This document shows positions 12,866 to 25,928 of a stretch of DNA of 64,000 bases, piece after piece. The notes under the pieces are model-generated. The model was not told where the DNA came from and did no database searches. It saw only the letters and a list, made by a program, of their open reading frames with translations. This stretch comes from Octopus sinensis. Its lineage: Eukaryota. A program made the position numbers and the translations under genes. The stretch covers positions 95,666,001 through 95,730,000 of the forward strand of contig NC_043002.1 of NCBI RefSeq assembly GCF_006345805.1, written 5' to 3'. Position 1 is the first letter of the stretch, and the number at the start of each line of letters is the position of its first letter.

Positions 12866-14407
12866 TGAGGGTGAGCTGAAAAGTTCATTGGCTTACTATG
12901 AAGGAGTGATACTAGAGCGGTGAAATCTTGTATGCATTAATTTCATTTCAGCTCTACTCATTAATAACTGCATTGTTTCTTTCCAGGTAAACTGACACCT
13001 GACTGTTCTAAGAAGACTTCAAAAGTAACTAGTGGCAAGTTTTCTTGAAAATAGACAAAGTTTGGCATTATGGTATGATCAAGAACTTGCAAAAAAAGGG
13101 ATTAGGATCTATACTGACATGGTTGCTACATTAAGGGATGATGCCCCAGTCTTATCAACAGTACAAAAGTGGGAAGCTGAATTTAGGAGAGGAAGAGTGA
13201 GTGTTAAAGATGTCCCAAGGTCTGGACGTCCTGCAACTGCCACCACCAAAGAAAACATTGTGTTCACAACATGCTGATGGATGACAAGCAACTGATTACA
13301 AATCAAATAGTCAATGCTATTAGCTTATCTCATGAGAAAGTTGAGAATATTCTGTACAAGGCACTTGGAATGATAAAGATTTCTGTTCTTTGGATGCCAC
13401 ATCTTTTGACATATCATCAAAAGCACACCAGGCTGATCACATCATATGAAAATCTGACACTGTTTGAGGTAGATCCAGCTGGTTTCCTTGAACGTTTCTT
13501 AATTTAGGATGAGTGGAAAGTTCATCACTTTGGACCAGCGACAAAGTGATAATCCATGCAGTGGAAGCATCCCTCCTCATCTACTCCAAAGAAGGCTTAA
13601 GTCATTTCAATGGTGAAAGCGATGTGGTGGACAACGAAAAACCTGGCTGATGACAGTCAAGGCTGATCTGGAACCCAACCTAGGCCCCCATATCTACGGC
13701 GTTCGTCGCTGGAATAAGGAGTGGTTAGAGATCACGCAGTTGTTAGCCTCAAATCGCCAGGCCTGGTCGGCATTTGTGAGAGATGCAGCATTGAGGATGA
13801 ATGAAGCCAGCTCAAACCACCCAGGGTGAATGCTGTCAAGTCAAGTCATTTCATCTGCAGAGAAGGTGACGGCCTCAGTTCTTTTTTTTTGTGGGGTGGA
13901 TACATAAGGCATTGTCTTCATTGACTATCTTCAAAAGAGCCACACCATCAATGAAGAGTACTATGCCAACTTACTGAAGAAGCTACGAAAGGCTATCAAG
14001 ACAAGTGTCCAGAAAAGCTAACAAATGGACTCTTGCTTCATCAGGACAATGCTCCAGCACACAAGTCCTTAGTTTCAATGGCTGCAGTGTGGCTGTGGCT
14101 TTGAACTGGTTGATCACTGTCCTCCTTCTCCTGATTGTGACCCACCTGACAATCATTTGTTCCCCAATATAAAAAAAAAACCACTTGCTGAGAACTAGTA
14201 TTGCAGTGATGATGACATTATATCTGTTGTTGTTGATTTGTTTGATTAACAGGATGAAAGCTTCTTCATCAATGGAATCCAAGCACTGTAACACTAATGG
14301 AAAAAGTATGTGGACCACAAGGGGGACTATGTAGAAAAATTAACCTCATTTGGTCACATTCTATGAGAGTATCTTGGTTAGCCTATGAACTTTTCAGCCA
14401 ACCCTTG
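12866..14407 (+). mobile_element. mariner (DD34D-type) transposon with pseudogenised transposase
   Basis: TIRs gaggg...gctgaaaagttcat / atgaacttttcagc...ccctt in TA context. Peptides STVQKWEAEFRRGRVSVKDVPRSGRP, WMPHLLT, DE.W/SMQW and HQDNAPAH, with many frameshifts. Confidence 0.9.
13610..13842 (+). mobile_element. 5'-truncated RTE-clade LINE 3' end nested in the mariner
   Basis: Encodes KRCGGQRKTWLMTVKADLE...ASNRQAWSAFVRDA. (CAAGT)n tail. TSD AAGTCATTTCA at 13599-13609 and 13843-13853. Confidence 0.85.
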
Positions 14408-14454
14408 TGTGTGTGTGTGTGTGTATGTATATATATATATATTATATATATATA

Positions 14455-14509
<55 letters not shown>

Positions 14510-14510
14510 C

Positions 14511-14543
<33 letters not shown>

Positions 14544-14618
14544 CACATATATATACATATATATATGTATATATATATATACATATATATATACATACAT
14601 ATACATATATATATATGC

Positions 14619-14649
<31 letters not shown>

Positions 14650-14678
14650 CATATATATATATGCATATATATATATGC

Positions 14679-14747
<69 letters not shown>

Positions 14748-14750
14748 GCA
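14408..14750. repeat. (TA)n-rich microsatellite
   Basis: Directly visible. Similar tracts lie at 6810-6900, 20535-20770, 23265-23645, 45800-46130, 51890-52080 and 57160-57680. Confidence 0.95.
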
Positions 14751-15982
14751 AACATAATGTAGGATATTACTATATACAAATACATTTACATACACAACAC
14801 ATTCACATTTACTTAGATGATTTCATATTTGTTTCACAAAGTGAAAACTTTGATTACTGCTGAAAGTTTTCTAGAAAATACTATAGCAATCATATCACTT
14901 CATGGAATTAACATTAGCTCTGTTGCAGACAACATTTCACTCAAAACTACTCAAAGTATATCAATAAAAAAAAAATGTGTTGTACATTATTTTCTTAAAC
15001 TGAAAAAAAAATCTCTTCTTCTGCTATCACACTTCCATTACTGTAAATGGTAAACAAAAGTTCTGCATTCCTGGAAGACGGGGTTTTTTTTTTGTTCTTT
15101 TAGTAAATTAATTTTCTCTTATTTAGAATTTTTCTAATTGAATTCATTTCATTTTATTATTATTTATTTAATAAGTAATACCTTCGATGATGGATGGATG
15201 GATGGATGAATGGACAGACAGACAGATGGATGGATGGATGGATGGATAGATGGATGGGTGGAGGGATGCATGGATGCATGGATGGATAGAGGGTGGTAGT
15301 GATGATAGATTCATAGGCTCAATAGATTGCTTGATATATGCCTGGTGGTATTTATTTGCTTCCCTTGACATTCTGTATTAGATCCACCAGAGTCTACTTT
15401 GCCTTTTATCAATTCTTGGATGGATAAAATAAACACCTGTCAAATAACATGTATATCTAATCAACTACACCTCTTCCATACCATTTCAGTTTGTTACTTT
15501 GTTCTTGTGCTAAAAATCAATAATCAGCAGTGATTTGGCAAGAACAGAAAGGTAGACTTAAATGCTCTAAGTTCAAATCCTAACTAATTCAACTTGGATT
15601 TTCATAAACTAAAGCACCTGTCCAGAGAATGGAATGAAAGCATCATTAAAGCTTCAGACAAGATTCATCATCATCATCATCACCATCACCATCATCAATA
15701 TCGTCGTCATCAACGTCATCATCATCACCACCATCATTATTATTGTCATCATCATCATCATCATCATTATTAGATGTTCACTTTCTCGTGCTTTCATGGG
15801 TCAGAAGATGTTTATTTGAATCAGATCTTCTGTGGCTAGATGCCCTTCTTGTTGCCAAGACTCACCTGTTTCCAAGCAAGGTAATATTTGCCCCATGACC
15901 AGACATTTTCCCACAAAATGTTGAAAATGAATGACTACTTATATAACAGTGACACTCATTTACAACTATCATGTGCTGTCAA

Positions 15983-16024
<42 letters not shown>

Positions 16025-16191
16025 CATCATCAACATCATTTAATGTCCGCTTTCTATGCTAGCATGGGTTATATATATATATATATATAAATATATATAT
16101 ATATAACCCGATGTAATCAGTAAGACTAAGCACGTGTCTGTCTTGACACAGAGAGCTGGGGTTAGTCTTGCGGTTTGCATCACAAGGACCG

Positions 16192-16267
16192 AATGTACTG
16201 AAGAAGTCACGGACACTTGAATTATGCAAGTAATTCTTTTGTTAAGACCGAAACCGAGGTATGCATT
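16192..16267 (+). ncRNA. Minimal type I hammerhead ribozyme motif in a PLE-like insert (about 16105-16425)
   Basis: Stem I aatgta/tgcatt; core CTGAAGA; stem II (a)gtc...gac(c); GAAA; stem III ACC-GA-GGT; cleavage triplet GTA ending at 16261. Confidence 0.65.
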
Positions 16268-16456
16268 TAAGTCTGTTATTTATTTAATTTTTCATATGTC
16301 CTGCCCGCCAAAGTTGGTTCTGGTGTTCGCTGAATTCTTCCTCTAGAGAATTTCCCTTGTAGTTTGATCGTTGATGATCTTCTAGCATTCTGGCCGGCTA
16401 CCTAGCAGGCCAGCCCTGCCAATATACACATAAATATATATATATATATATACACA

Positions 16457-16673
16457 CAGTAATCCCTCAACTATAGCGGGTGTTACATTCCAAAATCCCC
16501 TGTGATAGGTGAAAATCTGCAAAGTACAAACAGTACTGTAATGTATATTTTTTTCTTTTTATAATTTTTATATATTTATTTTATTATAAATGCTAAACAA
16601 CACCATGGAGGAATCAACATAAACTTGAATAATAAACCGCGATAGGTGAACCACTTATTGTGAGAGATTACTG
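16457..16673. mobile_element. Tigger/pogo-like MITE
   Basis: TIR CAGTAATC(C/T)CTCA, with TA at the right end. Internal repeat gataggtgaa. Confidence 0.7.
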
Positions 16674-16689
16674 TATATATATATGTGTG

Positions 16690-16945
16690 TGGTAAATGAA
16701 AGACAAAAGATGGAATATGAGAATATTTATTATTAATAAGCTAGACGTATCAAAACAAATGTTTTGATACATCTAGCATCGATCCCTTACGGGTGTGATA
16801 CTTGACGACTGTTTCCGGAGCATCTGGCAGTGCAGATATGTCTCATCAGGTGATAAATAGATACAACTTGTTAAAATAACAGTTCCACAATGTATCTTCT
16901 CATTTCGTAGAAAGAAAAGCAACAAAAAGGTAATATCTTCATTTA
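16690..16945 (-). mobile_element. PLE-like terminal fragment with a 17-bp-arm hairpin (16740-16777) and a degenerate hammerhead-like motif (16800-16855)
   Basis: Minus strand CTGATGA-gacatatctg..cagatgctccg-GAAAC-agtc-GTC, but stem I is poorly paired. The same terminus appears at 12803-12850. Confidence 0.45.
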
Positions 16946-16963
16946 TATGTATACATATATATA

Positions 16964-18510
16964 CAGTTGCGGACAAAATGTTAAGAATGGCATTGTCTTC
17001 GTCAGAAAAGTAGGTATAAATTTTTACCAAAGTTGTTTTATATTCTATAAATATGATATCATTTGTTATTGTCTGAGATTTTGGTGTAATTTGAGAAGAT
17101 AATACAAAAGTTATGGATGATTTAGTGATTTACTGCAAAACCCATGGCGGCCAAAATGATCAGAACGGTTGAAAAAATAACAAAATAATCAAAAATGACA
17201 GAGAATACTGGAATTATTTAATATTTAGTGTGACATCTTCGACTGCATGAGGAAATTAAATTTTCAATTTTTTGCTGGGTGATCTTATTCCATTCTTCCT
17301 GAAGGGCATTCCATAATTGCTCGGTTGTTTTAGGATTCCTGGCTTTCGAATGTTCTCCTAGAATATTCCACACATTTTCAATAGGATTGAGATCTGAGCT
17401 TTGCGCAGGCCAATCTATAACAATAACCTTTTCAACCTTGAGGAAGTTCATGACCACCTTAGCCTTGTGACATGAGGCATTGTCCTGCATGAATATGGGT
17501 GGTCGCTTAGTTGAATTTCTCAGCACAGGCAAGACATGATCTTTTATAAGTTGTTTATAAACTCCTGCATTTACCTTTCCATGTAATCGTACCAAAGGGC
17601 TCACACCATCTCCAGATATCATTCCCCAAACCATGACACTTCCTCCACCGAATTTAATACTAGTCTTAAGGCATTTAGGCAACAATTTTTCACCTACTTT
17701 TCGACGAATGTACCTTTTCCCATGCACCATTTGCCATTTTTCTTGAGACCATAACACATGTTCGGTTGCAAAGGTAAGACGACAATTTTTATTCTTGGAG
17801 CTGATCAGTGGCTTCACTGCAGGTGCTCTTGCTTGTAGGTCATGTTCAACGAAACGACGAGACACAGTTTTTCGAGATAAAGTTTTCTTCAATACAATGC
17901 TCATTTCCCGAGAAACAGCAGCTGCAGTTTTAAATCTGTTCTTTTTAACCAACTTTACCATAGCATGATCTTCTCTCTTGGTCGTTTTTCTTGGCCTACC
18001 TGTAGACTTTCTTGCTTCACACGAACCACAATCATCGTAGACTTTAAGAATACCGTGTACAACACTTTTTGACTTGTTCACAATCTTTGCAATAGACCCA
18101 ATACTTAAATTATCTTTCTTTCAAAGCTTAATAATCTGCAGACAAATTGGTAACGGAGTAAGTGGCATTATATTAACAAAGTACACTGCAGATATTCTTA
18201 CTAAGGTTTAGTAAACGAACCGTCACGTAAACAAATTCAAAACATTAGAGTTCACCGGTTAAATATACTAAAACACGGAATAAAAGCAACCGTTCTGATC
18301 CTTTTGGCCGCCATGGGTTTTGCAGTAAATCACTAAGTCATCCATAACTTTTGTTTTATCCTCTCAAATTACACCAAAATCTCAGACAATAACAAATGAT
18401 ATCGCATTTATTGTCTGTGAAAATTATAGAATACAAAACAACTTTGGTAAAAATTTATACCTACTTTTCTGACGAAGACAATGCCATTCTTAACATTTTG
18501 TCCGCAACTG
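16964..18510 (-). mobile_element. Tc1-like DNA transposon (DD34E) with about 210-bp TIRs and TA TSD
   Basis: TA|CAGTTGCGGACAAAATG... and its inverse ...CATTTTGTCCGCAACTG|TA. TIRs at about 16964-17171 and 18288-18510. Confidence 0.95.
17218..18168 (-). pseudogene. Tc1 transposase, inactivated
   Basis: GRPRKT, SVMVWG and FMQDNA-(D34E)-DLNPIENVW motifs. The in-frame ATG at 18168 is followed by an early TGA. The FSDES segment carrying the first catalytic Asp is absent (KWQMVH|GKRYIRR). Confidence 0.9.
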
Positions 18511-18809
18511 TATATATATATGTATATATAAATGAAGATATTACCTTTTGGCCACAACTATATGTGTGTGTGTGTGTATGTATGTTCATACATATATATA
18601 TACATATATATATGGTGCAGCCTCTGGCTTCTCAGACCCCGTTCGAACCGTCCAACCCGTGCTAGCGTGGAAAACGGACGTTAAACGATGATGATGATGA
18701 TGATGATATATATATACATATACATATATATATATACACATACATATATACATATATATATATACATATATACATATACATATATACATATATACATATA
18801 TATATATAT

Positions 18810-19362
18810 AAATCCTTAAAAAATCCTTTAAAATGTTTTAGCCCGAAGGCCGCGGCCATGCTGGGGCACGACTGCTGAATGAGCTACACTAATATGTGAA
18901 TCCACCTCTGATACGTGGCACTTGATCAACAAGGGAGTTCGATGCTGCTGCCCGCATCTGTGTTTCCTGTCATGAGGTAGGTTCAGCTGGGACTCCCGAC
19001 AAGAAGAGATCCAGTTTAGTTTTAAAGAAACCCACATCCACACCATGTAAGTCTCTCAGGCATTTAGGGAGGATGTTAAAGAGCTGTGGTCCTCTGAAAC
19101 CCAAGCTGTTGCAGTATCTGGACCTGTATTTTGATGGTGATGTTGGAATCTTTGGCACCATGCAGTGGCACCCTGTTCTGCGGTTGGAGTAACTTTGAAT
19201 GCCAAAGTTTGGGACAAGACCCTCCAGGATTTTCCAGATGTATATCACCGCATATCTCTCCCGCCTCCGCTCTAGGGAGAAGAGGTTTAATACTTTCAGT
19301 CTTTCCCAGTAGCTGATATTTTGTATTGAGATGATTTTCTTTGTGTAGCTTCTCTGAATTGC
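18810..19362 (-). mobile_element. CR1/L2-group LINE 3' end
   Basis: QRSYTKKI...SYWERLKVLNLFSLERRRERY..IYIWKILEG...GPQLFNILP...FKTKLD. 3' stem-loop and (TTTAAGGAT)-like tail. Confidence 0.85.
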
Positions 19363-20050
19363 ATATATAAAAGAGAGAGTCTGTCGGTGTGTTTGTTTGT
19401 CCCACAAAGCGAAAGTAAATGGTTCAAGGGAGGCAACACTAATTGTGCACAAACCTATGACGAACTACGTTGAGGCAAATATTCTCACTCATGGTAAATG
19501 TGACACCATCTTTGTTCCTCGCATACCAGTTATACCATCTTATGTCCCATTCAAATTTAAGCTCTTACAGTTTCCTATCCAACTTTCTTTTGCCATAAGC
19601 ATTAATAAAAGTCAGGACCAAACACTAAAAGTTGCTGGATTGCAACTTCAAGAACAAACAGAAGTTCATATAACAAATCCATCTTTTTTCTACTTCAATT
19701 ATTACATGTTTTCCTCTTATATAATACACACATGGAAGACAAGTAAACCCAAATCTGACTGACATGACACAGCATTTGTAATTTCATTGGACTATTACTA
19801 ATTGTTGCTTTGCCTTCCATTCCTGTAATATAGCATTGGAATTTCAGCACTAACACTGATGGGATACAGCATTTGTAATTTCACTTCACTATTCCTCATC
19901 AAAAAACATGTCTGCTAAACGAAGACCGTCAAAAAGCGAACGCCAAACAAACGTACGACGTGCAATGCTTTTTCTATATGAACAGTGATGTTCCACTTGA
20001 CTTGTGGCATTTTCAGTGCTACTGCAGTCAACTGGATTCCATAAGCTATT
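19363..20050 (+). mobile_element. Helitron fragment with PIF1-type helicase C-terminus (19450-19660)
   Basis: IFVPRIPVIPSYVPFKFKLLQFPIQLSFAISINKSQDQTL is the typical Helitron RepHel C-terminal motif. The right boundary is approximate. Confidence 0.8.
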
Positions 20051-20063
20051 CTTTTATATCATA

Positions 20064-20459
20064 CTAGCAGTATCACCCGGCATTGCTCGGGTTTGTAAGG
20101 GAAATAACTATATAAGCATTTTTAGAGAGTTATAGCCAAAAAATAGCAAAAAAATGCATTAAAAATGGAAAAAAAATTATGGTAATTTTTTTTTTAAATC
20201 GTTGACTCATTGTAGACATTTTTAGAGAGTTACTTCCCTTATATAATAGCGAAAAAATGCATTAAAATGGAAAAAAATGATGGTAAATTTTTTTTAATCG
20301 TAGACTCATCATAGATGTGCGCTAATACCCAGAAGGGCTCGATATGAATCACGACTATAAGATACCCGGTTTTGGTTAAACTGCACCGCAAAATGTGGGA
20401 GTAGTTAGGAATCTAAATCGTAGGAGACAGACACACAACCTCTCTTTTATATATAAAGA
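20064..20459 (-). mobile_element. Non-autonomous Helitron
   Basis: 5' TC, 3' CTAG with a subterminal cccg..cggg hairpin, A|T insertion site. Near-identical to 52562-52959. Confidence 0.85.
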
Positions 20460-20534
20460 TACCCATTTTTCTAGCTTCTTGGCCCAAGAAACAGTAAAAG
20501 TAATTACCCAACCAACAATGGGTATTACTGCTAG

Positions 20535-20572
<38 letters not shown>

Positions 20573-20723
20573 ATATATGTATATATATGTATACATATAT
20601 GTGTGTGTATATATATATATATACATACATACATATATGCATGTGTATGCATGTATGTGTGTAAATGTATATATATATATATATGTGTGTATGTATACAT
20701 ATGTATATATATATATGTGTGTG

Positions 20724-20774
<51 letters not shown>

Positions 20775-22187
20775 TATATAAACTCACTCAATGAACTTCA
20801 TTCAGTTTCCGTCTACCAAATACTCTCACAAGGCTTTGATCAGGTTGGAGTTATAGTAGAAGACACTTGCCCAAGCTGTCATGCAGTAAGACTGAACCCA
20901 CGACCAAATGGTTTTTAAGCAAACTTCTTACCACACTGCCATACCTGAACTTATTCCATCTCTTTCTGCTTGTGTCTATCCCACTCCACTGCTTGACAGC
21001 TAGTGTTGGTTTGTTTACATTCCTGTAACATTAGCAATTCAGCAAAAAGGACAGATAAAAAATATACAAAGGCTGATCTGTTTTGCTAAGCCCTTCAAGG
21101 CTGCCCCCAGCATGGCCACAGTCCAATGGCTGAAACAAGTAAAAAGTAAAAGAATCTTGTTTTTGCTATAAATTAGTCTGAAGAAAAGTGGGTGAGGCAG
21201 TGCCTGTGACATTTTTTTATGAACTTTGTGACTGGTGGAAAAAATGGGAGCAAGCTATAATCAGGCTGGCTGGTTGACTGGATGGATGGATAGATGGATG
21301 GATGGATGGATGGACAGACGGATGGATGGATGGATGGATGGATGGATGGCTATCTAAGTGTGTTTGTCTTAGTTTCACTGTTTGCATTTGTCCCACAACA
21401 CTGCTTGACAACCAGTATTGGTTTGTTTACATTCTTTTAACCTAGTAGATCAACAAAAGAGAATGATAGAATAAGTACCAGACTTTAAAAAAATTCTTGC
21501 AACTGAGGAAAAGGCTAAAGGCATGTTGGGCAAGTATTTTCTAACATGGCCCTTGGATCAACCAAAAACTATGACTGAAATTTTGTCAATAAAGGCTGTG
21601 CTCCAGCATGGCCACAGTCAAATGACATGACTGAAACAAGTTAAAGAGTAAAAGAGTAATGAAAATTGTGAAACTGTTCCTGTTTTTTAGGGTGAACTTA
21701 ATCTCTGTCATTTTGATACCATCACCTGGCCCTTGGGGGAAGAATCTTCAGAAGAGCCCAAAATATTGCAAATATTCAGGTGAGGTCACTAGTCTAATAT
21801 TAAACTGCTCTCTTACTTCTACCTGTCACAGAGATTTTGAAAAACAATCAAGGGAATTGTCCTTCCCCTTCTAAGTCATAAAAAATGGGGGGGTGCATTA
21901 GGGAAATGTATCAGTTTCAAAACTGGATAGGGGTCTCATTTCACAAGGCACTTACTTGTCCAAGGAGCTATTCAGTAGGATTAAACCTAAAACCATTTAC
22001 TACACAGCTAACATTTTAACCACACAGCCATACCTGTATGCATCTACATCATCATCGTCATCATTTAGCATCTGTTTTCTCTGCTGGCATGGGTTTGACT
22101 GTATGACATGGAGCTGACCAGTCAGGGAACTGTCCAGATTCCAGTTGTCTGTTATGGCATGTATGTGTGTGTGTGTGTGTGTCTGTG

Positions 22188-22498
22188 TGTGGAGCTGCAA
22201 TGGCCTGGTGGTTAGGGCAGCGGACTCACGGTCATAGGTTCACGGTTTCATTTCCCAGACCGGGCATTGTGAGTGTTTATTGAGCGAAAACACCTAAAGC
22301 TCCATGAGGCTTCGGCAGGTGGGGGTGAACCCAGCTGTACTCTTTCACCACAACTTACTCTCCCTCTTTCTTCCTGTTTCTGCTGTACCTGTATTTCAAG
22401 GGGGCCAGGTTGTCACACTTTGTGTCACGCTGAATCTCCCCAAGAATTACGTTAAGGGTACACGTGTCTGTGGAGTGTTCAGCCACTTACACGTTAAT
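22188..22498 (+). mobile_element. tRNA-derived SINE, family A (3'-truncated)
   Basis: Reverse-complement match to 9555-9933. Confidence 0.8.
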
Positions 22499-22679
22499 AA
22501 ATGAGCTGTCAGGGAACTGTCCAGATTCCAGTTGTGGCATGTTTTCTATGGCTAGATGCTCTTCCTAACTCCAGCCACTTTACAGAGTGTGCTGGGTACA
22601 TTTACACAGCACTGACACAAGAACATTTTATGAGGCACTGGCACCTGTAAAGAACAACCCTGTATGAATGAATGTCATT

Positions 22680-22860
22680 GATCTACATGTTGCATAATGT
22701 AAATATATAAGTTGCATAATGCCTACATGTAACTATCTACATGTTATGTAAGTCTACATTATATAATATCTACATGTTACTTTATGTCCACATGTAAATT
22801 TCTGTATGTTGCATAACATAAACGTCTACTTGCCACATGATGTCTACATCATGTAATGTA
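22680..22860. repeat. Degenerate minisatellite, unit about 18 bp (tctacatgttgcataatg)
   Basis: Recurrent ctacatg/gcataat units. Confidence 0.6.
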
Positions 22861-23299
22861 AAAACCCTTTTAAGAAAGCCTTTTTAGAGCTATCACTTAA
22901 CTTCAGTTTCATCATGTTAAACAGAGAAGAAATAAATATCCTCCAGTCTATTTCTTGAAAATCTGCTACACTAGATGACCGCAGTTCAATAAAAGAAAGT
23001 GTCACTCACCTACATTATTAACAAAACGTCCTTACATCATCACATCTCTTAATACCCTTCAGAAATATTTCAACACCACACAATCTTATTGCCTCATCCG
23101 AAGCTTTTAATAACAATTAAATGTTACATCAATTTCATTTTTATTTTATAAACTTTTCTTTCATATAATTCTATTAGACAAAAGACATTAAAACAAATGA
23201 TCTGAAAATAATATAAGAAAATAAATCAGTCTATTGTGAATTTCTTTTTACTGCTTCTTTTGTGCGTGTATATATATATATATACTTATATATATATAC

Positions 23300-23341
<42 letters not shown>

Positions 23342-23352
23342 ATATATATATG

Positions 23353-23391
<39 letters not shown>

Positions 23392-23397
23392 ATATAT

Positions 23398-23448
<51 letters not shown>

Positions 23449-23507
23449 GTATATATTATATGTATGTATGTATATATATATGTAATATATATATGTATAT
23501 ATATATG

Positions 23508-23540
<33 letters not shown>

Positions 23541-23551
23541 GTATATATATA

Positions 23552-23650
<99 letters not shown>

Positions 23651-25690
23651 TTTTTCTTTGATCGGTTTTGGTTTTCTTGTGTGTTAATAATAGGTTACAT
23701 GGATTTAACTTTATATTTATGAGATGAATTATTACTAAAGTAAGTAAAGATCAGACATACTATTGACCTCACTTCTTTAAATCTAAATAACACTTTAGTC
23801 TCTAAGTGACTCTATCTTATACTAAGTCTATGAATATCAGACAAGTATGGCACCTAAAGATATGTATATGTGCATGTATATTTGTGTGTGTATGTGTATG
23901 CATGAATTCTATAATGTATATCAGAGTTTCAGGGACATGAGTTCTTTATCTTTCAATGTGTCTGAGGTAAGTAAGTGAGACTAGTAAAGCCTATAAACTA
24001 TCAAAATACTTAATACTGATTAGTATGGCATTGGACAAATACCTTGCAGTTATTGTACTGGCTCTTTATATTCTGAGTTCAAGTCTCACCAAGCTCAGTT
24101 TTGCCTTTCGTCCTTTTAGAGTCAATACAATAATATATACCAGATAAGAACTAATATCAGTCTCCTCTTCCCAAATTGCTGGCCTTGTGCTTATGTTAGA
24201 AATTATTAAGAACTAGCTGGCCCCATGCTGTCAAAAATGACAGCTAATTACAGTATTTTATATGCAAATATGGATGGTAAATCAAATTAATACACTTGTC
24301 AATGTCATTTAGAGGTTGCCTTTTAAGATGTGATATCGATCATTGTTTGTTACTGAAAGAACACTGGTTCCCACATACTTCCCTTGTACATGCACACACA
24401 TACACACATATACTCACACAGAGTTGAAACGCTGTTTGATTTTTCTTTTCAGCATTGAATGTTCACATCCCACTTCCATTGCACACACATACACACACAC
24501 ACAAACAAATATTCACATACCTCCCTTTTACATACACACACATATACTCACACAGAGTCAAAACACTCCTACTTCCACTTTGTCATCACTCCTTCCTTCC
24601 TTATTCCTTATTTATCTATCCACCCTTCCTTTCTCATTCATATGTTGCGATGGAGAAAACACAAGAGTATTATTATAGTAGATGGTGGGTTGGTAGAATA
24701 ATTAGAGTATTAGACAAAATGTCATGCAGTATTTAGTTATGGCCTTTCTGAGTTCAAATCTAATCAAAGTTAACTTAGTTTTTCATCTTCCATCTTTCCA
24801 GTGTTGATAAAATAAGGTACAAGTCAAATATATGAATCAGTTTAATATTCCAGTACAACATCTCAAATGTGGCTGGAATTATATAAAAGAAAAAAACTAA
24901 GGGTAACCAAACTGTTCATCCATCCAGGATTAATAAAATAAAGTACTAGTCAAGTATATGAGTTGATATAATTGACTATACCCTCAACAGATGTAAAGCT
25001 CTGTACTAGTGTTAAACATCAATAAATACAGTATTACAACAATTTATATCTGTCCATTGTTTCTGCTTGCAAATAATTTAACTGATCTGTTAGAAGATAA
25101 TTGTTAGCCATAACCATAGCTTCTTCCTGCCATGTTGTACGATAATTAACAGAAATCAAATGAGAAAGATGTTTTGAACATTTAATCTCAGCTAAAGAGT
25201 GGCAGTACCTATAACTTTAGTTCTTTACACAGCAAAGTAAGGATAACTATTTGGTAGGTTTAATTTGGTTAACAGATTTAAACTATCAGGTATTATAGTT
25301 AGAGTGATAATATTGATTTCAAATTTTGGCACAAGGCCAGCAGGTTTGAGGAAAGGGATAAGTTGATTGACTCGTGTTCAACTGATACTTTTCTTATCAA
25401 CCCCAAAAGAAAGAAAGGCAATGTTGATCTTGGCAGATTTTGAATTCAACGTATAGATGGATGAAATGCCACTAAGCATTTTGCCCAGAATTCTGACGAT
25501 TCTGAAAGCTTGCTGCCTTAGTTAGAGAGATAACATTGGCAGGGAGGGATTTCCAACAAATCACTGTTCTTGGGAGTGGAAAAGATTACGGAAAATCTTT
25601 AATACCAATTTTGGTGGGATGATATACAATACAGATAAAGGGTGAAAAGGTGAGTCAGAAAGACTAAAATGAGGATGGTATAGTATGTGT

Positions 25691-25928
25691 GAAGGCAGTG
25701 AGCTGACAGAAACGTTAGCACACCGGATGAAATGCTTAGCGGTATTTCATCTGCCACTATGTTCTGAGTTCAAATTCCACCGAGGTCAACATTGCCTTTC
25801 ATCCTTTCAGGGTCGATTAAATAAGTACCAGTTAAGCACTGGGATCGATATAATCGGCTTAATCCGTTTGTCTGTCCTTGTTTGTCCTCTCTGTGTTTAG
25901 CCCCTTGTGGGTAGTAAAGAAATAGGTA
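25691..25928 (+). mobile_element. tRNA-derived SINE, family E (MetaSINE-like central domain)
   Basis: GAGTTCAAATTCC B box and GCCTTTCATCCTTT..GGTCGAT..AAGTACC domain. TSD GGTATAGTATGTGT. Older copies at 25318-25520(-), 54395-54615(-) and 54640-54855(+). Confidence 0.8.

Noticed and set aside
14297-14863. Numerous YI/IY/CV/HT-rich ORFs here and across the window
   Set aside because: Translations of (TA)n and (CA)n microsatellites.
23010-23201. 192-nt minus-strand segment with a good acceptor and a GTGAGT donor
   Set aside because: Stops in all three frames; at most a non-coding exon, and unsupported without transcript data.
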